Of a DNA stretch of 48,333 bases, positions 13,522 to 28,470 are shown one piece after another; within the stretch, counting starts at the first letter, position 1, and every line of letters starts with the position of its first letter. The position numbers and the translations under genes are program-made. A model generated the notes under the pieces. That model ran no database searches. It was not told where the DNA came from and saw only the letters and a list, made by a program, of their open reading frames with translations. The stretch comes from Octopus sinensis (taxonomy: Eukaryota). The stretch covers positions 1-48,333 of the forward strand of contig NW_021834442.1 in NCBI RefSeq assembly GCF_006345805.1, in the 5' to 3' direction.

Positions 13522-13947
13522 TGTGTGTGTATATATGTATATATACATATTTATATATACACGTACTAGTTATACAGATCTCGCAGGTTTAACTGTTTCT
13601 CCGTGGAATGAAAAGAATAAACTTTTTTTAGTTCTCAGCAGAGGTGCTAACTCTGTATGGTGTGTGTGTGCGCGCGTGTGTGCGTGCATGTGTGCGTGCA
13701 TGTGTGTGTGCGTGTGTCTCTTTGTGCGCGCATGTGTCTATATGTGTATGTCTCTATACATATTCATTCATTCGAATACATATATAAATATGTGTATAAT
13801 ATAATACATATATATATCATATACACACATATATATGTATATACATACATATATATATATATATACACACACACACACCATATATATATATATATATATA
13901 GATAGATACATATATATACATATATATATACATATATATATAAACAT

Positions 13948-14016
<69 letters not shown>

Positions 14017-14040
14017 CATATATATATATATACACATATA
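13370..14040. repeat. Large compound (TA)n/(TG)n/(CA)n low-complexity tract
   Basis: Direct; generates five junk ORFs in the track. Confidence 0.9.
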
Positions 14041-14191
14041 ATTACAAAGTGAGATAGGGGTTATGAGTGTAACCCACTATGGGATAACATTTATCCAATA
14101 TACTGCCAGTAAAGCACCCAGAAATGCTAATACATAAATGCTAAGAATTGCGATGCAATTAATTCATTTATTGTATTATATGGGCGAAGGT

Positions 14192-14334
14192 AAATTCATA
14201 ATACAAAATAAGAAAATTCATAATACAAAATAAGAAAATGGAGGAATAGATTTTAATCAGTCATCAACTACTAGATAATACCAATAAATTATATGAATTG
14301 TTATTATCTATTCCTCCATTTTCTTATTTTGTAT
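14192..14334. repeat. Perfect 28-bp inverted repeat with an adjacent 22-nt tandem duplication
   Basis: atacaaaataagaaaatggaggaataga (14223-14250) vs its reverse complement (14307-14334); aaattcataatacaaaataaga occurs twice (14192-14213, 14214-14235). Confidence 0.9.
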
Positions 14335-14879
14335 ATACACATATATATACTTACATGCACATGCACACATATCAACACATACACATGCAAATTTAAAGAG
14401 AAAGAGGAACTGACCTCGTCACTGAACACCAACTTTATTTATCGACCCCTTAAGAATATTCGCCAGAGGTTGATTCGGGTGTCATTCGGATTTACTGGTC
14501 AGAAAGCCGGAAAGGATATCATAAGGCCTTATATCCGCCAATCTAGCAATTTTTTGAAATCGAATAAGGTTTTTATGATGTCTGCTGCCCCCCAGCACCC
14601 TACATAAACTGATTGTTTATAACAGTATGTATTTTGATATGCGTATATTTTCCAAAGATAAAGTACACACACACACACACACACACACTCACAAAAACAC
14701 ACACATATATACATATATAAGCCCGTCGTATATATAAATATGTGTATCCTTTTGTTTGTGTTGCTGTGTCTGCAGCCCTCATGTTATTAGTTCTGAAAAG
14801 GAGACTGATAGTATAAGTACCAGGCTTGAAAAACAATTCTCGGGGGGGGGGGTCAATTCATATGTCATAATCGTTTCTA

Positions 14880-15385
14880 CAATCGGTACAAAGCCTGAAA
14901 ATTTGGTGAAGACGGTTAGTCGATTACAGCGGACGGTATTTATTTCATCGATCCCGAAAGAAGGAAAGGCGAAGTGGGCCTCGGCGGAATTTTAACGCAA
15001 AATGCATTTTGTTCTGTGTCCTAATGATACTGTCGGTTCACCGCATTACTATAGGTACAAGGCTGGAAATATGGGGCGGGGGCGGACTAGTCGATTACGT
15101 CAACCTCAGTACGTAACTGGTACTTATATCATCAACCCCGAAAAGATGAAATGTAAAGTCGAACTCGGCGGAATTTGAAGTCCCAAAATAAAAAGACGGA
15201 CAAAATGCCACTAAGCATTTCGCTCGGCGTGCTAACGATTCTGCTTGCTCGCTGCCTCGTCGCCTACACCATAATCCTTTCTACTAAAGTCGACCTCGGC
15301 GGAATTTGAACTTAGAACGGAGTGACGTGCGAAATGTCCTTAAGCATTTCGTCCAATGCGCTAACGATTCTGCCAGCTCGCCGCT
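14880..15385 (-). mobile_element. Cluster of three SINE family 2 copies or fragments
   Basis: Three successive ...ctcggcggaattt... modules, two of them ending in gctaacgattctgc. Confidence 0.8.
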
Positions 15386-15915
15386 TTATTGTCTTACATC
15401 GTAATAGACGCACATAATACGCGTACATGCTACATGAGATAAATAGTCCTTCAATAAAGGGAGATATATCTGACATTCATCTGACACCAAAGAAATCGGA
15501 GTTAGGACGGAAGCGTATACGACATACATAGCGCATACATACATATATATATCCATGTATACGCACGAACCATTGATGGTTTCTCTACAGTACAACCTCT
15601 GCTTGCAGAAATATTAAAATATCAGCCAAACTGCCCTCATTTTATACCAAATTCTCATAAATAATAGAATAACACGCTAAATAATACAGACCTACATAAG
15701 TCAGGATGATCATGGCTTCAATGCTTTTGTCCCTACCCATACTCACACACACACACATACACACACATACACACACACACACACACATATTCAATTAGTG
15801 TGCTGATCTGGGATTGAACAATAATAAAACAGAGACTCTTACACACACACCACTTACACACAAACAAGTGTTTGTGTGTGTGCATTCGTGTGTACACACA
15901 TACACACACAGAGAC

Positions 15916-15990
<75 letters not shown>

Positions 15991-16091
15991 GTCTATTTAT
16001 AAGCATTCAAAGATATTTGCATATCTATATGTATGCGAGGTGGGGAGTGCACCTGGTATCTATCTATCTATATATCTATCTATCTATCTCT

Positions 16092-16131
<40 letters not shown>

Positions 16132-17929
16132 CTATATATATATATAAACAATAATAAATCTCTGAGCGATATATATATAATATTATAAAACATATACACA
16201 CACAATTACACACATACATAGACGCACTCACGCACGCACATATACCCACATTACCAAACAGTATCGTTAAAATACATATTACTGCATACATATAGAAACA
16301 CACACTTAACTGAAAAACACACTTATAATCCGCGTATAGATCGATGTCCAACTGATTCGATTTATTTTCAAGAGAAAATGAGCGATATTTTTAGAACTAT
16401 TATATTCAGACAGTGAATGCTTGTTTTGTTGTTGCTAGGTAACGTATCCATATTGAATACAACAGCGGAGGTTTTTGTTTTGTTTTGTGACCGGTGCATG
16501 TCAATGTTAGCGTAAAAGGTAGCTTGTTAATAGATAGCAATTACTAGACTGGCAAATTAGATTCTTAAATCAGTTTGTACCCTAATATATTTACACGCCT
16601 AGACAGTCATATATTTGTGTCATGGTGAATGACAAGTCAATTGTTTTTTGAAATGTCAACAGTAACACTTAAGAAAGATTCGTTTGCAAATTTTCATATC
16701 TTTTTTCTTAATGTATAATATCTTTTTTGTTTCTTTTTTAATATCTAATATCTTCTTTCTTCGTTTTATTCCTTTCATGAATTTCAATGATTCATTAATC
16801 CGAAACTTGATTGTGATTTCTTAGCCGCATGAAGGGAGAATAAGATGTCAGTGTACAGCCAGTAACAATTTTCATAAGAACTAGCCGGACTCGAGATCGC
16901 AAACTAACAAAACACGCTGATTTTACATTACTGCCACTATTTATAGCGGAGAACTATGATACTCACCTTTAATTAGATGGACCAGGCAACTGAGAACTAT
17001 GTTTCTTTGTAATTGATTAAACATACCGATCAATTAGCGGTCATATTACGAAATACTGAATCCGACCGTGCTTCCAGTATCTATTATTACTTCTATCCTT
17101 GGCGCTATGGTAAGGTTTGTTTCAATTTCATCATATAAGCAACAATAAACATACTGGTTGGTGACCAGCCACATGAATATATGTAAATATAATTTTTGCA
17201 TGAAAACGTGAGTACAAGATACATAAGTTGTGACATAACTATTTTATCTCAAATCAGACTTGAGTTGTCATGTAGAACATATTTATGAGGCTATTAATTT
17301 GCTGATTAACCTAAGATTCTTTTTAGTCGATTCTTGATGGACGGACTGAACTAGGGAGGATTGACTCTAAAATTGGAATATCAAATCGCAAGACATTTTC
17401 AGCAGATATGCAGAGACATGGTATTTTGATGTTAAGTAAACTCGGAGTGTATGTATAGGTTGACCGGAAAGACCGTCCCTTTAGGATGACTTAATAGACA
17501 ATGTATTTATACTCACTGGATGGTGATACTAAATAAAATATTTCCAAAAGAAATCGTGCTTATACTATGCAATATTTATTCATTAAACAGAATTTATATC
17601 TTTCGTACCTATCAAGAATGGAAAAAAACTATGATGCCAATGTATTAAATATAATTTTTAATTCTATAAGTTTGCTGTGCATTCTGAATCGATGAGACGC
17701 CAAAAGAGAAGAAACTTGTTCAAGGATATTCTCAAAAAACGTAAGAAATTAAAAAACAACAACACTAAAGTTGAATGACGAAATTCTGAAAATCTTTCAT
17801 ACATTTTATTTGAATGTCAGCTTTCTTTTCATTTGAAAACCCTAGCTTTTCCAAATTGTCACTTTAACATTTGCTAACAAAGTCAAATATATATGCCTTT
17901 ACATATATCGACATACATACATACATACA

Positions 17930-17961
<32 letters not shown>

Positions 17962-18499
17962 CATATATACACATATATACATACATACGTATATCTTAAG
18001 CCAGCATGTAAAAATACATATGTACATACTTTTCTTCAAATTTGTTCAAAGAGCAAAGAGCCAGCCATAAAATAAAATTTCCCCCCTGGGAATTAAACAA
18101 AAAAGCAAGTACTTAGATTAAGATATTCTGTTTTAAGAAATCTTACACAGCCTAACTGTTCCACTGATTTATATCAATGCTTGTATAACGTAGAATACTA
18201 AAGAGAACAGTTATAAGAGATAAGAGCACACCAAGTAAAAACAAAATCAGCGCTACAAACTTAAATGAGACAAGCTTCACTTAAGGACGTTGTATTTGTA
18301 TATATGAGAAAGTTAAGAAAAATACAGGAAGGTGGTGTTGACCTTTCAATGTAGTCAGCTTTTGTTGGCAGGTTTATGCATCTATAAGTGATTAACGTCA
18401 TCCAACTTAATCAGTTATAGACGTGTCAATAAAACTCCTGTTAATATTTTGAAAATAGAAAACTGTCACGAATATTGCCTATTCCCCAAGTATAACCGC

Positions 18500-19870
18500 T
18501 TCAGGGAAAACCAAAGTCTATGAGAAGTTTTACTCTGTCCTGCTATTCTTTTGAGTAACTAAAGAGGCCAAGCACTTCAGTTTTTAATTATTTTAATAGT
18601 ACATGAGAATACCGCTTAGAAATACTCATTGGATGTTAGGGTTTGGATTACTGAAATCGCAAGGGTTTCCTACTCCTTGCACATCTTTCCTGCCACTCTA
18701 CTTGTAACAGGAGATTCTGAAAGCATCCTTTATCTAAATTATGGCATTTCATTGACTATATTATTGTAAACCAAGTGATAAAGCTGTGGTTCCTTCTGAA
18801 GTGCTGACTACCGGACACACAAGCACATTAATATTGCTCACTTGAAATATTAATCCAGTCCGAATAAACCGATAAGTCAGGAAAACAACAAACGTTACAA
18901 AATCACCAACAATTATTTATTCTCGGCATCACAGAAATTATTCAAAATGCAGCGATGGATTTAACGAGCCACAAAAAGATTTCTACAACATAGTAGCAGA
19001 CATTCTGCGGGCTAAGAACAGAAAATACAAAAGTAGACCTAATGTCTGAAACAACCATATTATCTGCACAAGCATATGTAAAACTGTACATCCGAAACTA
19101 TACATCTGGTTGTGGGACATTTGGCTGAGAAAGGAAGGTCGACGCGATCCAAGATTACGATGATAGACAAAATATGTAAACTTTCTTAGCGCCATGAGAA
19201 GTCTCTACGGAACTAAACTCTTGGAATGATTGGTTCTATTTCTTGATGAAGACAGGGACATATTGATCGTCGACTAAGATAATATTGTCGTGCAATGGAC
19301 AATTAATTTCCAGCCCAGTGGGTATTAATAACCATAATTGGAAAATAACTGTTTGAAATTGTTCTCCATCAATCATGATCGAAATTTTGAAGTGTTTCCC
19401 TCATTTGATCTTCATTATTAGCAAGATAATTTTCAGGATCCCGCTAAATCGGATCATTATTTAGTCCTCTGTTCTCTCTGAAACGTTGACTTATAATTTC
19501 AGAGACGGTGTTAGGTATCATACTGGTGCTCAGTATCGAGAGGCTTTGGGTCATACGAAGTTATGAGCAAGTATTTTGTTTATTGCCGTCAATGCTGGGG
19601 CAGAAGCTGATGTAGAAAGCAGTAACGAATATTATTTTCATTTTGCTGCACAAACCTAAAATCAGAGTAAAAAGACTGAACCGCTATACAAGTAGGCCCC
19701 GGGAAAATTCTAAAACTTATTTGTGACGTGATGAGCTTCATAATCGCAATAGTGTCTAAATTACCGCCGCGACTGTTTGGACATAAAATCGGGGATATGA
19801 CAATGCCTCCCGTCACTCTTCTATTTCCCTCTTATATGCTGAGGCTGGAATAAGATTTTCGAGGATTTAG
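18500..19870 (+). mobile_element. Old degraded LINE remnant (RTE-like)
   Basis: Less AT-rich region with scattered broken motifs: RSLYG (cf. K.VYG), a ggccccgggaaaatt segment (cf. GPDGI) and aaaatcggggat...aagattttcgaggatt (cf. KKGD...GKIFARI); no open frame. Confidence 0.3.
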
Positions 19871-22129
19871 CACATAAATATGAAGACATCGGGAAACATT
19901 AGGAAAAGACATAAAGATATTTCTCACTTTGATTTCCGTACAGTGGGAAAGATAACCTCAAATGATGTAACAGTTAAATAAACAAGAATACAAGAATAAA
20001 GCACTCACAAAACACACTGAAAATCAAGACAGCACAAATTCCTTGAGACCTATGACGTATGTCACATTTATGATTCCATGTGTCACAGCGCCCCCAAAGC
20101 AAATGTTATTTAGATTAGTATAAATATCATATTACCACCTACATTCTTTTATGAAAATCGAAATATGAAACCGAAACTCAGATGCACGAATATTACCCTC
20201 TAAAAACTGTTTTACAGAGTTTCCATGATTTTTCTAGTAGTTACGTTGCTTTATTCACATATTTACAGCATTATCGCTTTACATGCCTCAAAGTTAATTT
20301 GTCGCTAAAAATAAATAAATCTAAAGGAACATCAATTGTTAAGGTTTCCTTCGTTAGAAAAGCTTGATTTGTTTTTGTTTTTTAACATAATCTGAATGGA
20401 ATGAATTAGCAAAATGTTTGTGCTTCTATTATAAGAATAACGAAAAAGAAAAATGGTTTAGCGGTAGGATCTTACTCTTTGATGTATATTAAGTCATTTT
20501 ATTCCCTTTCCCAATAATTTCATGGATTTACACAGCATGCCGCCAAAGAAAGGAATAAACATATTTCCCGTTCAATTTTAGTTTATCAATCACGAAAAAA
20601 TATATATATGAAATCTAAAAATCTAACTGAATATATTTTTTCAGGTATTTCCTTATAAATGTGGGATATTATTGTTCCAGCGAGTAAAATATAATTTATA
20701 GAAATAGTTATCCCCAAAATATTACAAGGCTAGACTCGAATTATGAATTTAGAAGCAGAGAAAAGTGATCACTATCAACTTTCCTTTTGATAAACGCTTT
20801 ATTGTATTTTGTGTTAGGTCCAAATCCTGGTGCATTCAAATTGCATCTCACATAGGCCAATAAAGAATACGCTACAAAATACTTGGAAATATTGGATCAA
20901 TTTTTCTCCCTTCCTTAAAATGCATCTAACCTGATACTAATGTGAACATACTTATATACACAAATGAAACTTTGCTCTATACTAATTTTGCGGGGAGGGG
21001 GGATCTTTAGTCGATCTTAAAATTAACAACAGATTATGGGTTGAAAATTGTTTGAAGTATGATACCATAAAACGAAATGAGAATTTTATGATTGCAACTA
21101 AATTAACAGAATATCGATCGAACTCATTAAAACTACATATTGTACATTGATAGCGTAATATCTTTGTCATATTATCGAAAAATAAAAAGTGTCTTCTGTT
21201 TTAGAACCCGTTAGGTTCACTCTAAAAATTTCATATTAGTTTGACATTAATAATTTTGCTTTTATTTTTATATTTTATGCAGCATAGTCTTGATATATCA
21301 TTCTCTTTCTATTAATTTAGAGTTTCTCATTTTACGAAGGTTCATAGAAATAAGCTAATAGGAGTTCTAAGTTTAATAACGGTTTCTAATTTAATTACAA
21401 GGTCAGAAGTTTTGTGCAGAGAGGGTTAGACAACACCATCGACTCCTGGACTTGACTCCCTCTTTCTCAACGGCTTCAGTACCTGACTCATTCTTCAGTT
21501 TATCGACAATGAAAGGATGCAAATTAAAGTTGACCTCAGAACCTAAACATCCGCAACAAACAACGGAAAGCAATTTCTCCGGCGTCCTAATGATCCTACC
21601 CAGTATCTACCTTACAGCTAGGTTTAATAATAAACGTATTTTAATGACCAAGAATAATAGAGAATCGATTAGCTTTCTTTTTGTTTTGTTTCTTTTTTTT
21701 TTCGTTTTCTTTTTCAAATATAGCTTTCATGTGTTGATGGTGGCGAAGTTGACTGATTTGAATATGTTCAAAGCAATTCATGATTGTAAAACATCTGCTG
21801 TTTGTCTCATAAGAATGGGAAGCAACTTTAATACTGTTATGTCCAATCCTATTTCTAATTTTTTTCTAAACGTTTATAAATTTGTCGGATAACCTATCTA
21901 GTTCATTTGATATGCTTACCTTGTAATGCATAATTGTATATTTTAGTCATACAAATATATTTTCCGAGAACAGCACTATTTCGCACCTTATTTTAAAATT
22001 ATGTTTCTTCATAATTTAGAACTACGTAAGCGGTAAGTAAATATAAATATACCCTCGTCGGTTTTCTGTGATTCCAGTTGTTTTATCAACTGAAGTGCCT
22101 ACTTATGAAATTAACGTGCACCCTTAACG

Positions 22130-22345
22130 TGACCCTCAAGCAGAATCGGTGCGATACAGTATGTGACAAGGGTGACAGTGGAATTATAGGTACAGCCCAT
22201 CTGATGAGATTCTATGTAGTATCCGTTTATCAGATTTAATTCAATGGCTTGTATCGATCAAAAGACACTCACCCAAGGTTTTACGCGCTGGGATCGAACT
22301 TAGAACCTTATTGTTGCAAAGCAAACTTCTTTACCATTCACTTAT
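22130..22345 (-). mobile_element. Degraded SINE family 1-like copy
   Basis: Reverse complement has a tRNA-like head (ggttctaagttcgatcccagc) followed by accttgggtgagtgtc (CORE-like). Confidence 0.55.
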
Positions 22346-24458
22346 GTTTGCATTCTTTATAAACAAAATATAGGATTGCTAACGAGGGAGCATCTTCTAC
22401 GTGGTAATTTGATCCGCTAAAAATAGCAACCAAATCGCATTCAAATCAGATCGTTTTGTCTTAAATAAAGTGGGATTCATTGGACAAAGAAGAATCAGAA
22501 ACTACTAATATAATCGATGATATAAAAAAGATTTTCACTGACCAAGATCATGTGACCTTTTTGTACTACACCGTAAGCGTTATTACAGATAGTTTTTAAT
22601 TCTCTTCAGCGATATTGATTTCGGAAGACAAGCAATTAACGCCCAAAAGGTTCTAAATAGATTGACAATATTTATAATACTTAACATTCTATGATTGACA
22701 ACATCAGACCTGAGAACAATATCAAATAACCACTAAGGTTACTGACATAGCTAAATTGACGCTAATAACGTTTCTCTTGTCTATGTCATTTACAACTTAC
22801 CCACTTAGAGTTAATTCACATTTTCTTTTGTAACTTGAAAACAAAGCCAAAAACATCAATAATGTGCTATTTAATCAGATAGAAAAAATAGTTTTATACT
22901 CCCTTTAATTATATCTTAAATTTACTTAAGTCGAGTGTTTCCTATAATGCGGGTTCATTTTCTTCTCTTTGTTCTATCCAATTAATAAATTTTTTCCTGT
23001 CATTAGAATTTCAAATGTGTTTGGTGATAACTACACCCATGAATAACCCTTTAATATTTAAACAGTGCTTAGTTCTGAGCCCTTCAGAGGATGAGCGGTG
23101 GATCTTATCTGAGAAAGATGTTGGTTTATTACCATTTGCATCAGCAGAGAATCAAGTACTTTGTTTTGTTTTTTTATTTCTAAACATTCTAAACGACAAT
23201 GTTGGGTTAAGGTTTAATCCAAATCGTTAAAGTTTAAATCAGTTTTGAGCCTACAAATTAATTACGCTGGAGATGATCCTAGTTTCTGAGGAGTATAAGT
23301 GACAGTGAGTATAAGACGTCCTTGGACTGAACGCTAGTCCACAAAGTTAACCCCAGTTATTACAGGTACGATGTGAAATGAAATGTCTTACTCAAGGGTA
23401 CAACACACTACTCGATCCGGAATCGAAAATCCTGATCTGAAGGCCATGTTACCTTCACTTGTTATTGCTTAATGTGTAGTGGGAAAAGCTTAACACAGCG
23501 ACTGGTTTCGCCATAGCAACACAATAGTCGAGGCAGGTAAAATTAAACGCTAGTCTATGAAGACAAAAGAATGCACTTGTGTTGCTTACAATATTCTATA
23601 AGGATGAATGAATAACATACTTTTTTTTTATTAATTAATGTTCTTTGCTGTCCTTTAGGTAAACACCAAGATCGATTTCTGTATTTGAATCGAGACCCAA
23701 AACTTTGCTGTTTTTCTTTTACTCTATATAAATTTGAAACTTAATTATGTGTTCATACGAATACTGGCATCAAATAACGATCCCTTTTTAACATTATTGC
23801 AACGTTTACAGCTTAATTAGTTATAGTGGAGGGTAAACAAGGTTTTGTCAGTGACCATGTTCCACAAGTATATTTAAATCTCTGGGCTATTTTGTTAAAT
23901 TAATGACCAGTAATTTCATCTTTGTTTTAATTGTTCAGTAAAATTATTTATATATTTTAAGAAACTGATATTTACATAACACGAAACCAGGTATACCGAT
24001 TACATTTTATGAAAAGATAATTGACAGGTTCCCATTTAAAATTGATATTCAGAATCAAATATATTTCAAAATAATAATTAGGAGCTTATTTTAATTACTA
24101 TATCAAACATATTCTTTTAAAGAGAGTCCTTGCCATTAGCTATCAAAGTCATAAATTCATATACTTAAATTAACTTTTCTAATGCATTTTTAAGAACTTA
24201 ATCACTCGTTACTTTTCGCTGATAAAAGCGTTAAGCCAGTGAGCCTCTGTGTGTGTGTGTGTGTGTGTGTCCTTAACTTTTCAAACTAAAATCCTTTCTT
24301 TTTCTGTCCGAAGAAGGATTTCAGTCCGAATGTTAAAAACATATCTATCGTCTTCTATTTTCTATGGTGTTAATTGAACGCTTGAGTGTTAAATTAATAC
24401 CATTGTAATTTTGTTGTTTGTATTCTGCTCTGTTTTTTTTTTATTGTTTTTATTTTAC

Positions 24459-24489
<31 letters not shown>

Positions 24490-25795
24490 AAGTAAAGCAG
24501 AACAGAAAACTAAATTAAGATCACAATGGTATTAATTAATGGACAAATATGAATATGGATGAGTGTTTATTTTTCTGTGTATGTGGTTACGTATAAAAAT
24601 TGGTCTTGTATTTAGGCTGTATCCCTTTATATCCTGTATATAACTAGTAGTTTGGCAAATGGAGATCAATAAATTTAGCACCAAGTTGAAATAATCACTG
24701 TGATCGATATAATCGACTTGCACTTTAAACGTTTTGCACATCATGGCTGCAGTCCAATGACTTAAACTAGGAAATGAATGAACTCTGATTTAACTTTTCT
24801 CTTTTCTAATCTACTAAAACTCTGAAAAAAAGTAATTTCCTGAAAGTTATGACTGACAGTTATAACATCTGAGATAATGATAATACCTAAACTTTACGTT
24901 TCTTCGAATGAATACCAGAAAAGCAATCTGCGGGGCACTGGGTATTGAAAGCAATTTTATTGTGATTGCTTTCAAAACATAGAGTATTCATTACCTTATT
25001 ATTATTATTATTATTATTTTATTATTATTATTATTATTATTATCATTATTATTATTCAAATTTGGCGCACGGGTAGCAGTTTTAATGGGAGGGTGCTGGT
25101 CGATGATATTGATTACAGGACTCAACTGGTACTCTTATTAACGAGTGAAAAGGATGAAAGGCAGAGCCGACCCCACTGGCATACGTAGTTGTAGTAGTAG
25201 TAGTAGTAGTAGTAGTTGTTGTTGTTGTTGTTGTTTTTGTTTTTGTTATTTATGATTTACTCTCAAGGCCAGCAATTTAGAGACGGAGCTATATTAATAG
25301 TATTTGACTAGCACTTCATCCAAACTGCGCACTTTGAATTTGATGCATAAAAAGTACAAAAAATAACACGATCAAAACTTGACAACTCTACAGACAAGCA
25401 AAAGCAATAAAGATACGAAAATTCTTATTTTTACAACGATAATTTACCCCTCCATCAAAAGAATAAGTCAATATACTAGTATAAATTTTGAAAGGAAAAA
25501 AATTGCCCGAATTTAACCGTAACATCGAATGACAAAACAAAACTGACATCAAAACTGGAAGAAAACCATTAAAAAATCATTAGAAACCAGCTTAAGTATA
25601 GAACTTAATAAAAGAGAGCAAAATATAACTCTACTACATTTACATTAGTTCGAGACGGGACTGTGTGGTGAACAAGTCCGCTTTGTAACCACGTGGTTTA
25701 GGGGTCAGTCTCACTACGCGATATCTTGAGCAAGTAACTTCTACTATAGCCCCTGGCCGACGACTAATGTATATATATATATAGCATACATACTA

Positions 25796-25907
<112 letters not shown>

Positions 25908-25999
25908 ATATATATAGGATTCTTCATTCTCTTTAACCTAGCCCAACCATATAATATCCAAACGCAGCTCAGACACCATAGACCAAAAATGTACTGCTT

Positions 26000-26580
26000 C
26001 TATGAATGGATATCCCGAATGCATGCGTTGTTTGGCAATGCAAGAATAACAGATGCAATAAATATAAGATTACGATTGACCGTATCGATCCCGGTTGCCT
26101 AGACCTTGCCTTGCCAAGACCAAATATTTTCACAAACAGGACTGAGTCGACAGCTATGTGCATGTGACAGTAGACAAACTGATAAAAGAATGACACAATC
26201 ATATCAAATGAGTTCCATGGAATGACTTTCTCGCAATTGTCTGAGACATGCCTGTACCAGCATACAAAATCAAGGCCTACGATCCAAATATAAGAACTGA
26301 AAAGCGTATGACTGTACTCTGGTAGAAAATGTGATCAATATAGACCAAAACATTACTCGAAAGAAAGCGAAGAAACTGTTCAAGGATACTGAAACATAAA
26401 TATGTAAGATACGAAGTATGAAATTAAAACAGTGCTAATTATAATTAGAGTATGAGATGCGATATAAAAGAAAATATGAACAAAGACAATAAAATTACCT
26501 TATCTTGGGTTCGCAATATTACACATAATCCAAAAGTTCTCTCAGCCCACATCCTTCGGAAGACAGATTCACTAACGCAC
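26000..26580 (+). mobile_element. Highly degraded R4/Dong-type 3' fragment
   Basis: Ends ...AHILRK (gcccacatccttcggaag) like the other RLE C-termini; upstream aaaacagtgctaattataattagag resembles KTVPIIIG. Confidence 0.4.
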
Positions 26581-26654
26581 TTCAAAAGTATACACACTTC
26601 ATAAAAAAAGATAAATAAATAAGGCAGCTACTCTGCAGAATACAACAACCCCAT

Positions 26655-26780
26655 AAAATATCCTTTCTACTATAAGATGAAGGGCAAAATCGACCCCGGC
26701 GGAATTTGAACTCAATACGTAAGAACGGACGAAATACCGCCAAGCATTTCGTGCTAACGATTCTGCCAGCTCACCACCTT
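26655..26780 (-). mobile_element. SINE family 2 5' part
   Basis: gaagggcaaaatcgaccccggcggaatttgaactc...gctaacgattctgccagctc. Confidence 0.75.
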
Positions 26781-27653
26781 ACCACCCAATAAAATATCAC
26801 CACTTAACTTATATTCTATAGAATCAGCAACTAAAAAACTAACATAACAAATGCTCATTCATAACTAACAGCAACAATATATACTAATAACTCATAAAAC
26901 TCACTTTTCATCAACATAACACAATTTACAAAGTGTATATAACTGTACACAATCATTATTCCACTTCTAAAACGATTATTGTCATAATTTCTACTTCGAA
27001 AATATTCAAGTCTTCATTTTTTTTATATTCTATTTTAGTAATACTTTCTTGCTTCTGCGTTTACGTTGTTCAGTATACTTTTACTTGTTTGTCGTTGAAC
27101 TGCAGCCATGTTGGAACACCTCCCTGGAGGATGTTACATGCTATGTTTTCAAAGTTTGGTACTTATTCTATCGCTCTCTTTTGCCGAACCGATAAGTTAA
27201 GGGAATGTAACTACCAAAACGCAAATATCATCTAACAAAACACCACAAGTAACCCGATACATAATTCACATGACAGACGAAACAGCAAAATAACGCCTGA
27301 AACAAACCAAATCCCACAAGAATGGAAAACTCATGTAGCATGCAAAACAAATCTACATGTTCAAAAGACAATGTTGCACACACCTCAAGAGCATAGACTT
27401 GTACCAACCATGTGGTGCAGGAGAAACTCGCACAACTCCATGATTTCCGGTTTTGTAATAAAGTCAGTAATTTTGAAAGGAGGAGATTAAACAATTAAAT
27501 CAAGCCCTGTACTTGATTGGTACTTTATTTTATGTCAGAGGAATGCAAGGCAAAGTTGACCGCGGTATGATCTGATCTCAGAACGCGTAGAAACAGAACA
27601 AAAACAAGGCATTTTATTAGATTCTTTGATTTTATCGATTCTCGCCCCTTAAT

Positions 27654-28035
27654 AATCCTTTCTACTATAGGCGCAAGACCCGAAATTCGGGGGAGGGGAT
27701 GGTCGATTACAACTGGTACTTAATTCATTGACCCCGAAGTGATGATAGACAAAGTCGACCTCGGCGGAATTTGAACTCAGAATGTAGCGACAGGCAAAAT
27801 ACCTATTTCTTTACTACCCACAAGGGGGTAAAAACAGAGGAGACAAACAAGGACAGACAAACTGGTTAAGCCGATTACATCGACCCCAGTGCGCAACTGG
27901 TACTTAATTTATCGACTCTGAAAGGATAAAAGGCAAAGTCGACCTCGGCAGAATTTGAACTCGGAACATAAAGACGGATGAAATGACGCTAAGCATTTTG
28001 CCCAGCGTGCTAACGATTCTACCACCTCGCCGCCT
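27654..28035 (-). mobile_element. Dimeric SINE family 2 unit with internal linker (head intact)
   Basis: Same two-module-plus-linker structure as 7806-8160. Confidence 0.85.
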
Positions 28036-28089
28036 TAGTAATGATGATGATGATGAGGAGGAGGAGGAGGAGGAGGAGGAGGAGGAGGA

Positions 28090-28470
28090 TGGTTACTTTT
28101 ATTAGCTACGAAGGGCATAAATGAGGGTTACATTAAAATGACAGTCAACAATTTGCGTGGGGAAGTTACGTAAACAAAGATGAAGATAAGTAAATAGAAA
28201 ATACAATGCGATAAAAGTGTACATACTATACAGAGTATGAGACTACATGAATGTTCCATGGCCAATCAAGGAGCCCCACAGAGCCAAAATAACCCTCGCT
28301 ACCAGAGCCCGAGTCCTCTTCCATCTGTTGTTCTCCAATCTAAAGGCACGTCCTTTGAGTAGGGACATTCACCCGAATCATTTATGCCAGTCACCCATCT
28401 TTTCTCAAATGCACTGGGAGGCAGCACTTCCCTCTCCACCCTTACCTTCCTTCTCCACCCTTAGGTAAAT
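28090..28470 (-). mobile_element. Tx1/L1-like LINE 3' end
   Basis: Minus frame KVRVEREVLPPSAFEKRWV matches the C-terminus KRKVRLERELLSPSNFVKRWV at 39026-39340; then AATAAA and a (TCC)n/(TCA)n tract. Confidence 0.65.

Noticed and set aside
16340-22040. Isolated splice-like sites (e.g. ATGCTTGTTTTGTTGTTGCTAG|gtaacg near 16420, ctatg|gtaagg near 17108, AAG|gtaagc on minus near 21920)
   Set aside because: They could not be joined into a consistent reading frame; such sites are expected by chance in 48 kb of AT-rich DNA.
22195-22240. CTGATGAG motif (another at about 30550)
   Set aside because: No matching GAAA, stem or NUH arrangement; both lie inside degraded TE sequence.
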